A DNA stretch of 63,717 nucleotides, counting the filler, from Globobulimina sp. (Eukaryota): NCBI GenBank assembly GCA_003354225.1. It is 14 parts of 14 records of this genome, joined end to end, with 100 filler letters (N's around TTAATTAATTAA, not from the genome) between each part and the next. Parts side by side here need not be neighbours in the genome. Positions count along the whole stretch, not along the records: positions 9,130 to 13,593 come from PIVH01001219.1; positions 13,694 to 18,156 come from PIVH01001220.1; positions 18,257 to 22,719 come from PIVH01001221.1; 11 more parts are not named here. One strand, given 5' to 3'. The notes beneath the pieces are model-generated. The model searched no databases. It was not told the origin of the DNA and saw only the letters and a list, made by a program, of their open reading frames with translations. How positions within the stretch are numbered: position 1 is the stretch's first letter; every line of letters starts with the position of its first letter. The position numbers and the translations under genes are program-made. Below are positions 9,831 through 20,693 of the stretch, piece by piece.

Positions 9831-12254
9831 ATGTCACTCCACAGAAAAAGAGGATCGAGCGTCAAATTGTCGATCTCCAAACTTAACCTAAGTCGCGACG
9901 ACAAAGTTATTAACGCATTCGACGCATTCAGGAAGAATCCGTATACGCATGAAAGTGGACCATATGCTGGATTAAAAGCAGTGAATACAAATATGGTATT
10001 ATTTGAATGGTGGAAAGCCACACCGTTTAATATTCGATTAAACACATTATGTGCTCATATGAGGATATTACGGAAGCGATTAAGTGCCGTGAATTATAAA
10101 AAAGACTCATTTTTAATCGCGGATTTAGAATACGAAGAAGATGACATTATCGATAAAGAAAATGTATATTATACGCATAGTAGCTATTATTCTATGTCAA
10201 CCACAACGTGTGCCGCATTAATAAGAAAGTTTACGGAATGTATTAAAGAATGGCGCTCATTGAATGTCAATGCAGTGGCTACACCTCAATGGGTTACAAA
10301 TATCGACGCACCAAACGTTGACGATAGACGATGGAGTCAATTGACCCAAACTATTGATGATATGAAAAAGATTTGTTTGCGGATTCGTGGGCCTACAAAA
10401 CCCAAATCAAAACCTATGGCATCTAAAGGTACAAAAACGTTTCTCTTTTTTTAAAAAAATATACTAAAAATATACAAAAACATATATACAGATTTAAAAT
10501 CTATACAAGAAGGAGCAGCGAAGAAATATTGGCCGAAAAATGGCGAAAAATGGATACCGAGAAACCTAAATAAATTAAAGATGACTCGTATGATGACAGT
10601 AAGCAGTGAAAGATCAGGAAAACAATGGAGATTACGTACGCAAAACGATCATGAATATGGCACAATGAATGGAGTAAATTATGTAACGGTTTTTGAGCCA
10701 ATTGGCACAAAAACGAACAAAACCGCCGACCAAATACATACACAACGAATGGAAGCACCGAGCATCGATGAAAATGAGTTCAAAACTGGGCTCTATACAG
10801 TGATGAAATTATGTGATAAATTACGTCCTATTTTGGGTATGTTTTAATATGCTTTTTTAGTTTGCAGTATATTTAAATTGATTTTGTACCGTTTCTAAGG
10901 TGTCCATACAACAAAAGAAGTATCAAATGCGTGTTGGTTACGAGCGAAACCATTTATTATTAGTGATAAAGGGAAACAATGCGCCTTCGACAATGCACCA
11001 ATCGGACCGTCGGGATTGCAAAGTATGATGAATGAGATTGCAGACGATTTTGGAGTGCAAAATGTGACATTATATGCTATGAAGAAAACAGTCGCCACGT
11101 TGGCACGTCGAGTTGGTGTAAATCCAGAAACAATTCAAAAAGTTACGCATCACTCAACAATGGAAACAAATAAATATTTTCATAATGAAAATACAAAGTT
11201 GCAGAGTAATAAAGAAATAAATGATATGCAGAATAGAATAATTTATAATAATAATAATAACACAAATTCACATAAGATATCACCCGATATTCCTGTTATT
11301 AAACCACCCATTTTACCACCAACAACAGCATCAAATCTCGCTCCTTATCAACGACCAAATTTATCTCATAATACACCAACAAATTTACCAACAAATACAC
11401 CAACAAATACACCAATAATTATGCCAACAAATTATAATAATCAAGAACAGAAACAATTTATTAGTCAAAATATTCATATTCAAAATAATTTAAATCATTT
11501 ACAGCAAATATGTGCAAATAATAAAAAATATACAAAAACTCATCCGGAGTTTAATCATACATTTGACGTATTGACCAGTGGCAAATATTCGACATGGCAT
11601 AGTAATCCGATATTATTTACAAATAATTATTATAAATTGATTATGAATGGTTCAAAATATAAACATTTATCATATTGTAATGGAACATGTATGCAAAGAT
11701 GTAATGGATACAATGGATTTAAAAATGAATATAATTATTGTAACGGATTAGATTTGAATCAAATTAATGCAATCAATCAAAACAATTTTAATCAAAACAA
11801 TCAAATCAGAAATATTCAACAAGTCGGAACCAATCAAAACACTCAAAATAACACAATTAATTTTAGTCAAAATAATAATAATTTATGTAATCAAAATAAT
11901 CAAATTATTCAAAATAACAATCAACGATTTGGAATCAATCAAAATAATGCAAACAATATAAACACTCAAAACAAAGAAAATAATTTAATATATGGCAATG
12001 TTATAAATAATGGAGGTGTTCATGGCATAAATAATGGATTTAATGGATTTATCAATAATAATCAACCTGCAAATAACAATTTATATGTCAATAAAAATAT
12101 ACTTGATTTAAATAATATAAATACAAATATCAATGGATTTGGTGTAAATAATGGATATACAAATAATAATGGTAATGGTTATGCCAATACCAATGGAAAT
12201 GGTGCTACCTCGCAATGTTCCAATGCGCGTTGGAGCCCATTAAAGAAATATTAA
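9831..12254 (+). CDS. Crypton-type (DUF3504-like) tyrosine recombinase with Asn-rich tail, 3 exons, ~765 aa
   Basis: Exons 9831-10428, 10492-10836 and 10900-12254 join in frame through two 63-bp GT-AG introns. Motifs: LCAHMRILRKR, SKPMASKDLKSI, ERSG (box-I Arg), KTNK, RP, WLRAKP, FDNAPIGPSGLQSMMNEIA, TLYAMKKTVAT, IQKVTHHSTMETNKYF. Confidence 0.75.
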
Positions 12255-12364
12255 TGTTTGACTTTTTATACTTTATTTTTTTATGGGGGTTACTATATAT
12301 TATACTAAAGGTTTTTTGTACTTTTTTGGTTTTTGCGTTTTATAATTTTATCAATGCATATGAT

Positions 12365-12440
12365 TCATCAATGAATCATCAATGAATCATCAATGATTAT
12401 GGCTATATCATCAATGAAATATTAATCATAGTTACAAATC
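12365..12440 (-). repeat. Right 76-bp inverted repeat
   Basis: Exact reverse complement of 9585-9660; followed by TGATCA at 12441-12446. Confidence 0.95.
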
Positions 12441-12722
12441 TGATCAATGGAGGAAACATATGAGTTTGGCAACGTTTTTAATAATACATTCAGTTTCTGT
12501 TCATCTTCGGATAGTTTCTCGTCATCTGAACTGAATTTAAATTTGTGCGGAGCAATAACATTCGCGATTGATTTGCCTTTTTTCCACGACACCTTAAAGT
12601 CCGACAGGGGATATAATAGTGCCAAGGAGGCGGTATCTCTGATAAATCGGTTGTGATTGGCGCTGATTATGCGATAGAAATCAGCGTGGTTCTGATGGAA
12701 CTCTCTGACGAGCCACATCCTA
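12441..12722 (-). mobile_element. Penelope-like retroelement remnant (post-RT linker region)
   Basis: WLVREFHQNHADFYRIISANHNRFIRD..LLYPLSDFKVSWKKGKSIANVIAPHK resembles the PLE segment (FvtxYhp..i..ii.k.w..l..d..lf..p.vayrr.knl.dll) between RT and GIY-YIG; recognised by eye only. Confidence 0.45.
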
Positions 12723-12734
12723 ACCAACGATATT

Positions 12735-13391
12735 ATGCGGGACTTGAACAACAAATCCGTAACCTCGGACGAGTCCACATTGGATTTGTGTAAATATGAT
12801 GATACACCGCCGGACCCAGCCATCATTCCTCCATTTGACCCATTCCATTCCTACCCAATCTCCAACAACACCTCCACCTATGTCCCAACTCAGGCATCCA
12901 TATTGGACATATCCTCCAATCCTATGCTCCCACCAATCATTCAGCCAACAATTTCCCCGGCGATCTCCAACCAACCAACACATCCCGCTCATAGTCGGCA
13001 AACAAGATCCACTCAGTGCCTCAAAGACATTTGTATCACTGACATTAAAATGTCAGACCAAGACCTGCGTAATAAACGTATCAAATTACGCACCATCATT
13101 ACACCACCACCACCAGCTACCAAATCTCGCTCTGAGCCCCGAGCTATCCCAACACCAAAAGTTAATGCTTCCCTCAGAATCAGCCAATTGAAAGCAAAGA
13201 GAAAGCCAAGAAAGCGCCGTGTTTTCCGCAAACCTACGGCACCACAACCAACCGGTTCCCGTATAACAAGAAAGAATTCAAAGTTATCTCAACAGTCTAT
13301 CTCTCAAATAATAGCAGCCAATGAAGCAGAAACAAAAAGGATCAAACAATTGAAAAAGAAACACAAGAAAAAGCAACAAACAAAGAAGTGA
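12735..13391 (+). CDS. Pro-rich / basic hypothetical ORF, possibly element-derived
   Basis: 218-aa ORF, more GC-rich than its flanks, with a K/R-rich C-terminus. Confidence 0.35.
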   Translation: MRDLNNKSVTSDESTLDLCKYDDTPPDPAIIPPFDPFHSYPISNNTSTYVPTQASILDISSNPMLPPIIQPTISPAISNQPTHPAHSRQTRSTQCLKDICITDIKMSDQDLRNKRIKLRTIITPPPPATKSRSEPRAIPTPKVNASLRISQLKAKRKPRKRRVFRKPTAPQPTGSRITRKNSKLSQQSISQIIAANEAETKRIKQLKKKHKKKQQTKK

Positions 13392-13693
13392 ATCCCCATC
13401 GTATCCTGCTTGGCTTTATCTATTCTCATTTCATTTTATCTTATTTTATTCCATTTTATTATTTTGCCCATTCTATATTCAGCAAATTCCGACCATTTCT
13501 TCCCTTCCCAGTTGTTCTCAATTCATGACTGGCTAGGTGTTATTTTCTGGTTTTATTATCAATAATTGTTTTATTTTTATTTTGTATATTCCANNNNNNN
13601 NNNNNNNNNNNNNNNNNNNNNNNNNNNNNNNNNNNNNTTAATTAATTAANNNNNNNNNNNNNNNNNNNNNNNNNNNNNNNNNNNNNNNNNNNN

Positions 13694-14777
13694 CGACAAA
13701 TGCTGTTTGATAATTAACATCTGTCACTGGATTATATTCAACGATGTCATATCCAATTACCATATTACTACTTTTATTGCAATGCAACTGCTTCATAACA
13801 ATATCCAGTCCAATAAATAACTCCTTAGTCGATAATCCCATTGGCTCCACATGCGACACTCCAGCGGCAAAACACGGCTCCAACACATCAATATCAATGG
13901 AAACATAAAAACTTGAAATCCCGTTTTCTTTACATTTACTCAACCATCGGTTTGTAGTTTCAAAAATTTGCTGATAATAATCGCCACCGGTACCATAACC
14001 AAACAATTGCTCCATATGCAATTGCTGTATTTTATCCTTATACTTATCCAATGTTTGCGATTGTTCCTTTGTCATACATCGGATACCAATTTGTAACAAT
14101 TGATGGATGGTATTTGATTCTAATAAATTATTAAATACTGAGGCATTCGAATATTTGTTATAAAATGACCCAGGATACAGATCTGGATGAGCATCCAAGT
14201 GAATTACTCCGATTTTCTCTCTTTTGACAGGTTCAGATTGTTTTAAACCGCATAATGCCGAATATGTTATGGAATGATCGCCACCTAATATTATTAGTGG
14301 ATGTGGAAAATATCCAGCAGTTCTACTCGATGTGGTGTTTATATTATCAATGTTTTCAATCAGTTTACTTATATTTTCGTGATTTGTTTCAATGTCATCA
14401 TTGCAAAGCAAATTGCCACAATCAATGAATGCAGTTTCTGTGTTAATAAATTTGTTGTCATTGCAAAAATATGCATCAAATGAACCAGAAGAACATAAAA
14501 ACGCTTTTCGTACAATATTTGGTGCCTGTTCAGGTCCTGTCATATATGAACTATTTATACCATCACAAATTCCAATCAAAGGAAGTCTACCAACACAATA
14601 TTCGGAGTGATCATTGCAGCTTTTGATTATTTCGTCCACATTATTTGTACCGATGGCGTTTGCTGTTGTATTTAACTTCAACAATGAAGCTGCGCCATCA
14701 AATTCTGGTCTAATTGAGGTGAAAGTTCTTTTCAAACCAGTATGTACATGACATTGTCGAAAAAGTTTTGTTAACAT
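13694..14777 (-). CDS. Ureohydrolase (arginase/agmatinase family), probably mitochondrial, 3' truncated
   Basis: GGDHSIT, HLDAHPDL, SIDIDVLEP, GVSHVEPMGL and DIVEYNP motifs; Arg-rich N-terminal presequence-like start. Confidence 0.88.
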
Positions 14778-15213
14778 TTTTTATGAGAGACTTCAAAACA
14801 CTAAGGATGTGTAGCGGTGTTGGCCCACGTGTATTGACCTAATTTTCATTGTGGTGATCGATCGGACTTCAACTTTTGGAGTCATTGTAATGTGACTAAT
14901 ACTCACTCATTTTGGTGTTGTTGATGCAAAAATAAATTAGGTATTTTTCAAAAATATACATTTAATGTTTTTAAGAATATCAGACTCGTCATGGGAATGC
15001 ATTATCTCCAATAATTATGTAGAAACTTTTACTTTTCACATGATGTAGCTTTTTAAACACCATAAAAAAGATTTGTGATAGAGACTGGAAATCAATATCA
15101 TCCATATATGGCTGGTTGTTTCCTTATATGGTTTAAATCAAATGGCAAGATTAAAAAATAAAAAGGTTTGACTAACAGTACAGACATAATGAAAGAAATT
15201 AATACAAATATAT

Positions 15214-15275
15214 AAATATAAACGTGCGCATACACTAAAGTATACAAATATAAACGTACGCATACACTAAAGTAT
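15214..15275. repeat. Two-copy tandem repeat (~31 bp)
   Basis: AAATATAAACGT(G/A)CGCATACACTAAAGTATA repeated in the 3' region of the lectin gene. Confidence 0.6.
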
Positions 15276-15299
15276 ATATATTCAAAAACCTACAAAAAG

Positions 15300-18156
15300 T
15301 CACAAGATTACTTCTGAATCATTACATTTCAATTGATTAACACATATTTCCTGCCATGTCATAGCATCCGGTATTTGCATAGCTTGTCCATCCAACACAT
15401 TCCCATTCAGATCAACACACCAACAAATATTATGATTACATTGACAACCATCATACAATAAACTATCACCTTTTCTACACAGTGGCAAATACCCATCTTC
15501 CTGAGTTAATATATACATTTTCTGTTCATCTGCGCATGACACCGTGTTCTCCAGATATTCAGCAGCATACCATTTGATATAACACGAAGTTGGCTCGCCG
15601 TGCAGTATCTGCGCATCCACATTATGCGCATAAATAACCAATGTATCTTGATTATACGCCTGCGAGTTAACAAACTCTGGACACAGAGTCAACTTTAAAT
15701 CCACAATGAGATTTACTTGCATTATTAACGAATTAAATTGCATCTCATAGCGCAGTGCATGCGATGCAGGGACAGTCGCGATGCCTTCACATGAAAGACT
15801 ACCGAAGGACACTCGCTCCCATTGCTGTTTATCAAAATTAATATCTATATCGTCTTCCAGTGCATCCACATTCCTTTCGACATCGAACCAGGAAAGAATA
15901 GGAATGAGATTCAACGATCTTATATTGGTGAACTCGATGCTACCATTTGGACCGGGCCGTGTATACTTTATACGGAATAATTGATCCATTCCTAATACAT
16001 TGGCCGTTGTTATAGATTCTGTTTGCTTTGTACTAAACATATATGTATTTGAGATATACAGACAAGTAAATGCTAGGTGTTGATATTCATTTTAATTTAT
16101 TTGCTGTATACTAAAACCTAGAATTTAATTCACAGCTTGAATACATATATTGCAGCATACGTTAATGTAACACTTGATATTGAGGACCATAGCACATTTT
16201 CAGTCTGTTCAGTGCCACTGGAAAGTCTAAAAACGGTTCGCAACCCCAGCTGGTAATTTTGCTCCACTCTGCATTCTATCTCTGATTGTCCCATTCTGCC
16301 TTCATTTTGACACAACTGATCCGGCATCACTGAGTTTGGAACATTCATCTTAAATATTTGGGTGTGATATTGAGGTCGCAATTCAATCACTTCCGTTTTA
16401 CAAACTGGTGCTTTAAATATTGAATTCAATGAAGAATCAATATATCCGCCACCAATCCAATTCACTGTAATAAAAACCTGCGATTCTAAGCCAACAGAAA
16501 CTGAATCAATACATAATGCGTCAGAAAGATGGTCATTTCCAATTGTGATCAAAGCATATTCGTCAATAAAACGTTTCTTATTTATTTCCCATTTTCGCTT
16601 ATGATCTGGGTACCATTTGCCAGACAAACATACATATTTAGATACCAATTTGTCTCTGTTTTCACAATTTGTATCCATCCACCCGCCATTCCGTGATGTA
16701 CCATCCATATATACACAGTCAGCCGCTCTTAAGTTGCTCGTTCCGCCCGATTTCCAATTGACATAATCAACAAATGAGCCATCAATCCATTTCCAATCGC
16801 AATTATAGGCATACGGGTTCGTATTATGTTCCTTCATATAACAACCATTGTAATCGTGATTGTTGTACATCGAATTTATGTCGAAATCAATGAAGCCAAT
16901 CCACGCAGCATCATCATTCCCGATAAAGCCATGGATTAAAAAGTTTTCGTCGACAGAATGGATGGATGTTAACCAGGTTCCATGTTTATCCATGCAATGT
17001 TTATTGGCATCAAACCAATTTATTGCATGCTTTTTAATGTTAACATCGATATTACGGATATTTGCTTCACTTTCTTCTTGAATACGTCTCCTTTCTTTCT
17101 CATTTGCATACTGGCCATGCCAATATTTTTTTTTACCATGATATTTTTTCTTATAATTCTTGTTTGTATCACGTTTTTCATTTTGATCATACTTTTTGTC
17201 ATGTTCATACTGCTCTGTCTGCTCATATTCGTCAGATATTGTTGACTCTGTCACGTTTTCCTCACTTCCAGTGGTCTCATATGGATATTGCTCATATTGC
17301 TCATATGGTAGAGGTGGCTCAGTTGTTGTTGTTGCTGTTACTGGATACATCTCATCAGGCTCATATGCATCCTGTTGATACTCAGACGTATATTCTTCAA
17401 CAACAAATGGTAACTTATACTCATCATTAAATCCTGCAAAGATTACAAAAATATTCAGAAACATACTGTTAGCAAAGCCAGCATAAATAATTATTTCTGA
17501 GCATTGTGAGACTAATTTGCGGTGCCTGTTTGTTAAAAATGCGACTAAATATTGACCAGAGCCCAGCACAGAGATGCTATGAATGTCTGTGTTTTGTCCG
17601 TCAATCTTAACACCAAAACGTAGCATATCTTTCTCCCCAAAATATATTTGATTATTGCTAAAACCAACCGCTTCTAGTTTAATACCAATAATTTCCCCTT
17701 CAATATCCCTCGAATAAAATGCATATTGATGCGTAAGCATTACATTTGCAGCAACAACGTGTCCCAATTGATCTAAATCGACATATCCAACCTGTACATG
17801 ATCTAAGTATTCGAACTCTGTCGCGTCGTATACATTTTGCGCTGACAGTTTGCCCATAATGACGGCATACACATTGCCTCTCATATCCAATGCAGATATG
17901 CCAGATTCTGGATGAATGCAGGTGTGTGCTACGGTTTTGTACACACCGCGGATACGAAGTTGTAGTGTGAACCTGGAATATATTTCAAAATAATCGTCAA
18001 AACATCGAACTAACGATCGATGCATTGATAATGATCGATATGTGTACTGACATTTTTTTGCTAAAATTACACCATCTCCAAAATGGTCGTAATAAAAATC
18101 GTGTATACCGTATTTGACAGAAATTGTGTTAGCTATGGGTATGGATTCAGACGTCT
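15300..18156 (-). CDS. Extracellular protein with C-type lectin and thyroglobulin type-1-like domains, multi-exon, 5' truncated
   Basis: C-type lectin: NWFDANKHC..LTSIHSVDEN..AWIGF..WKWIDGS..NW..DCV..W.D..C..YVC. C-terminal GYLPLC..CWCVDLNG. ORFs 16130-18025 and 15300-16040 are separated by an intron-sized gap. Confidence 0.75.
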
Positions 18157-18264
18157 NNNNNNNNNNNNNNNNNNNNNNNNNNNNNNNNNNNNNNNNNNNN
18201 TTAATTAATTAANNNNNNNNNNNNNNNNNNNNNNNNNNNNNNNNNNNNNNNNNNNNACGATAAA

Positions 18265-18576
18265 TTGTATCAAATTATTTTTAAATGTGTTGCCAGAGCT
18301 GATGTATTAAAGCAAGATACTGCTAATTATAACGCAGACATATCAACGAAGCAAAAGAATATTAATAAAACACCAACCACTGATAAAACAACACCAACCA
18401 CTAATGTAACAACACCAAGCACTGATGTCAGTAATAATCCTCTTACACCAGATTCAGTTGCAAATAGTAATATTTCTATTGTTGCTAGAAATTCTATGCA
18501 ATTTCGAACAAAAAAACTAGCCAAAGATGAAGTCATTTTGGCTGTTATTATTCATGAAAGTGATGAAACACATTAA
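18265..18576 (+). CDS. C-terminal fragment of a Thr-rich hypothetical protein
   Basis: ORF at the contig edge with T/P-rich repeats. Confidence 0.35.
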   Translation: MYQIIFKCVARADVLKQDTANYNADISTKQKNINKTPTTDKTTPTTNVTTPSTDVSNNPLTPDSVANSNISIVARNSMQFRTKKLAKDEVILAVIIHESDETH

Positions 18577-18773
18577 TTGTAAAATGCCTATTTTTTTCTT
18601 GTTGTTTGTTTAATTGTTTGTTTCTTATTATATATTAATATAATTCTTCCTCGTATCAATAGTAATATAATTTCTGTGTCATTTTTTTTGTTTTCTTAAG
18701 TTTAGTTTTTAATTTCTGTGTCATTTTTTTGTTTACTTAAAAAATTGTTTTGAATTTGCTAGCTGAGTTTACC

Positions 18774-20609
18774 ATGTCACTTTCCCCCAAAAGCTGTACT
18801 AATATCATGAAAACAATGCATCATTGCCAAGTCATATTATCTTACTGGTGTCGATCACTTGACATTGATTATGCTCAACTATCAGATATAAACTCAATTC
18901 TGTGTAAAACCATAATATCATACCGAGGACCTGGTGATATTATAGCATTCTCGTCAAACGGCACATTATCCTCAATTGAAATATATAATTCCATCACTCG
19001 CAACCAAGAAGAAGAAGACTTTGACATTGCAGATAATCTATGTATCAAAGCAGTGCATATCGACATGCAATTACAACACAGCAACAAAAACAAGCTAAAC
19101 AACAATAACAAGACATGGCATCCAACCTTATGTTCAACATTAGATTACCAGTACCTTTACAGAATCGGTGGTTGCGATGCATTAAAAGGCCTATTTGGTG
19201 AAAGCAGCAACAAAGTGGATATATTCAATATGCATAACATGACGCAAATGTCCCTACCACCAATGACACAAAAACGCGCTAAATGCTCCGCGACGATATT
19301 ACCGCCGACCATACCTTACCATGATTATAAAGACAACAACCATTTGGATAGAAAGCAAAACTGTGTGCCAGATATCATGCAGTTATTCAAAAACATCAAA
19401 TCTCCCATGATTGCCGCATCCGCACCATGTCCGCCAATAACTGCAATGGCCGAAACCTTAAAGAAAAGGAAATTTATCCCTCGCACACCGCCGCCAAATA
19501 AACCAATCCCTGACTTACCAAAGAAAGCACCAATACCAATATCTGCGCCGATGGCAGCACCCTTACCCTTACCCTTACCGTTACCGTTACCGTTACCGTT
19601 ACGATTGCCATTGGCCAACAGCGCATCGCCACCAATTGCTATCAAACCGTCACGTTCGTCGCCAACAACTACGCCGCCATCATGTCCAGCAGTCGCAAGC
19701 AACGGTACTCCGGTAACATTGGCTGAGATAACCCGAATAATTCCATATAAGAAACAAGATTTATATCCAGATTATTGTGTGTTTGTCACAGGTGGCTTGA
19801 ATGGGACTACATTGCATAAGAAATGTGAAATATTTTATCCCTTTGAAGGTATACTTATACTTAATATCTCCTGCGCAAATAACAACATTTCATGGTTTTA
19901 TCCTCCTTTTGCAGGTAAATGGAATGGTGTCATGTCGATGAAACAAGGTCGCTGTGGACATATCACCCAATATATGGGTGCCAGTCAATGGCGGTATTCA
20001 TTGCATAACGGTGATGCTGTGGGCATAGACTATTCAGAATGGAAAGATATCTCCGATTTAAGCACAAAAGTGTTTGTCTGTGGCGGCAAACGGGAGCATG
20101 GCAATGGAATCACTTCCTGCGAAGCGTTTGATATTGAGGCGAATAAATGGAATATGTGCAAACGAGCACCATTTACAAACCACGGCTATCAGTCTGGCTG
20201 TTGGTGGACCAGCAAACAATGCATTGCTATGGCATCGGACCCAATGGACGGGAATAAAGTTGCTATTTATAAGCCAGATGTGAATAAATGGAATACGTTA
20301 AACAATGATCCATTCAATGCTTCGTCGTATGCATTGAAAGGAAAAGCAAATAATGAGAGCAGCAGTTTAATTCATTTCTATCCATTGATTGGCACATTGT
20401 GGCTATTTAAGCGCGAATATTTGTATATTATGGGCGATGATTATAAATATAAATCATTGGAGATTTATGATGATAGAATAGGTAAATGGATTGCAGTTGG
20501 CATCACGTACAATGTTGATAGTGACGACTCTTCCATACATGCAAAATATGATAAAATACTTGAATTGACAAACTATAAACAGTTTGATGCGTTTTTATCT
20601 GTTTCATAG
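18774..20609 (+). CDS. Kelch-repeat protein with Pro-rich insert
   Basis: YRIGG, FVTGG, VFVCGG repeats with downstream W; (PL)n encoded by TTACC(G/C) repeats at about 19563-19602; probable 66-bp stop-free intron at 19849-19914. Confidence 0.8.
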   Translation: MSLSPKSCTNIMKTMHHCQVILSYWCRSLDIDYAQLSDINSILCKTIISYRGPGDIIAFSSNGTLSSIEIYNSITRNQEEEDFDIADNLCIKAVHIDMQLQHSNKNKLNNNNKTWHPTLCSTLDYQYLYRIGGCDALKGLFGESSNKVDIFNMHNMTQMSLPPMTQKRAKCSATILPPTIPYHDYKDNNHLDRKQNCVPDIMQLFKNIKSPMIAASAPCPPITAMAETLKKRKFIPRTPPPNKPIPDLPKKAPIPISAPMAAPLPLPLPLPLPLPLRLPLANSASPPIAIKPSRSSPTTTPPSCPAVASNGTPVTLAEITRIIPYKKQDLYPDYCVFVTGGLNGTTLHKKCEIFYPFEGILILNISCANNNISWFYPPFAGKWNGVMSMKQGRCGHITQYMGASQWRYSLHNGDAVGIDYSEWKDISDLSTKVFVCGGKREHGNGITSCEAFDIEANKWNMCKRAPFTNHGYQSGCWWTSKQCIAMASDPMDGNKVAIYKPDVNKWNTLNNDPFNASSYALKGKANNESSSLIHFYPLIGTLWLFKREYLYIMGDDYKYKSLEIYDDRIGKWIAVGITYNVDSDDSSIHAKYDKILELTNYKQFDAFLSVS

Positions 20610-20693
20610 CAACAAATCATTCGCAATTTTGTAATTAAGATTTTTCGTTGTAGAAATCCGATATAATTTAAAAAACTGTCAGTGTAAATTATA

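Larger units (their letters stand above)
9585..12440 (+). mobile_element. Crypton-like tyrosine-recombinase element bounded by 76-bp inverted repeats
   Basis: 9585-9660 is the exact reverse complement of 12365-12440, and the repeats enclose a spliced YR-like gene. Confidence 0.75.

Noticed and set aside
19849-19914. Apparent hydrophobic insert in the kelch protein
   Set aside because: It is a 66-bp GT-AG segment of typical intron size without a stop; most likely an ordinary intron.
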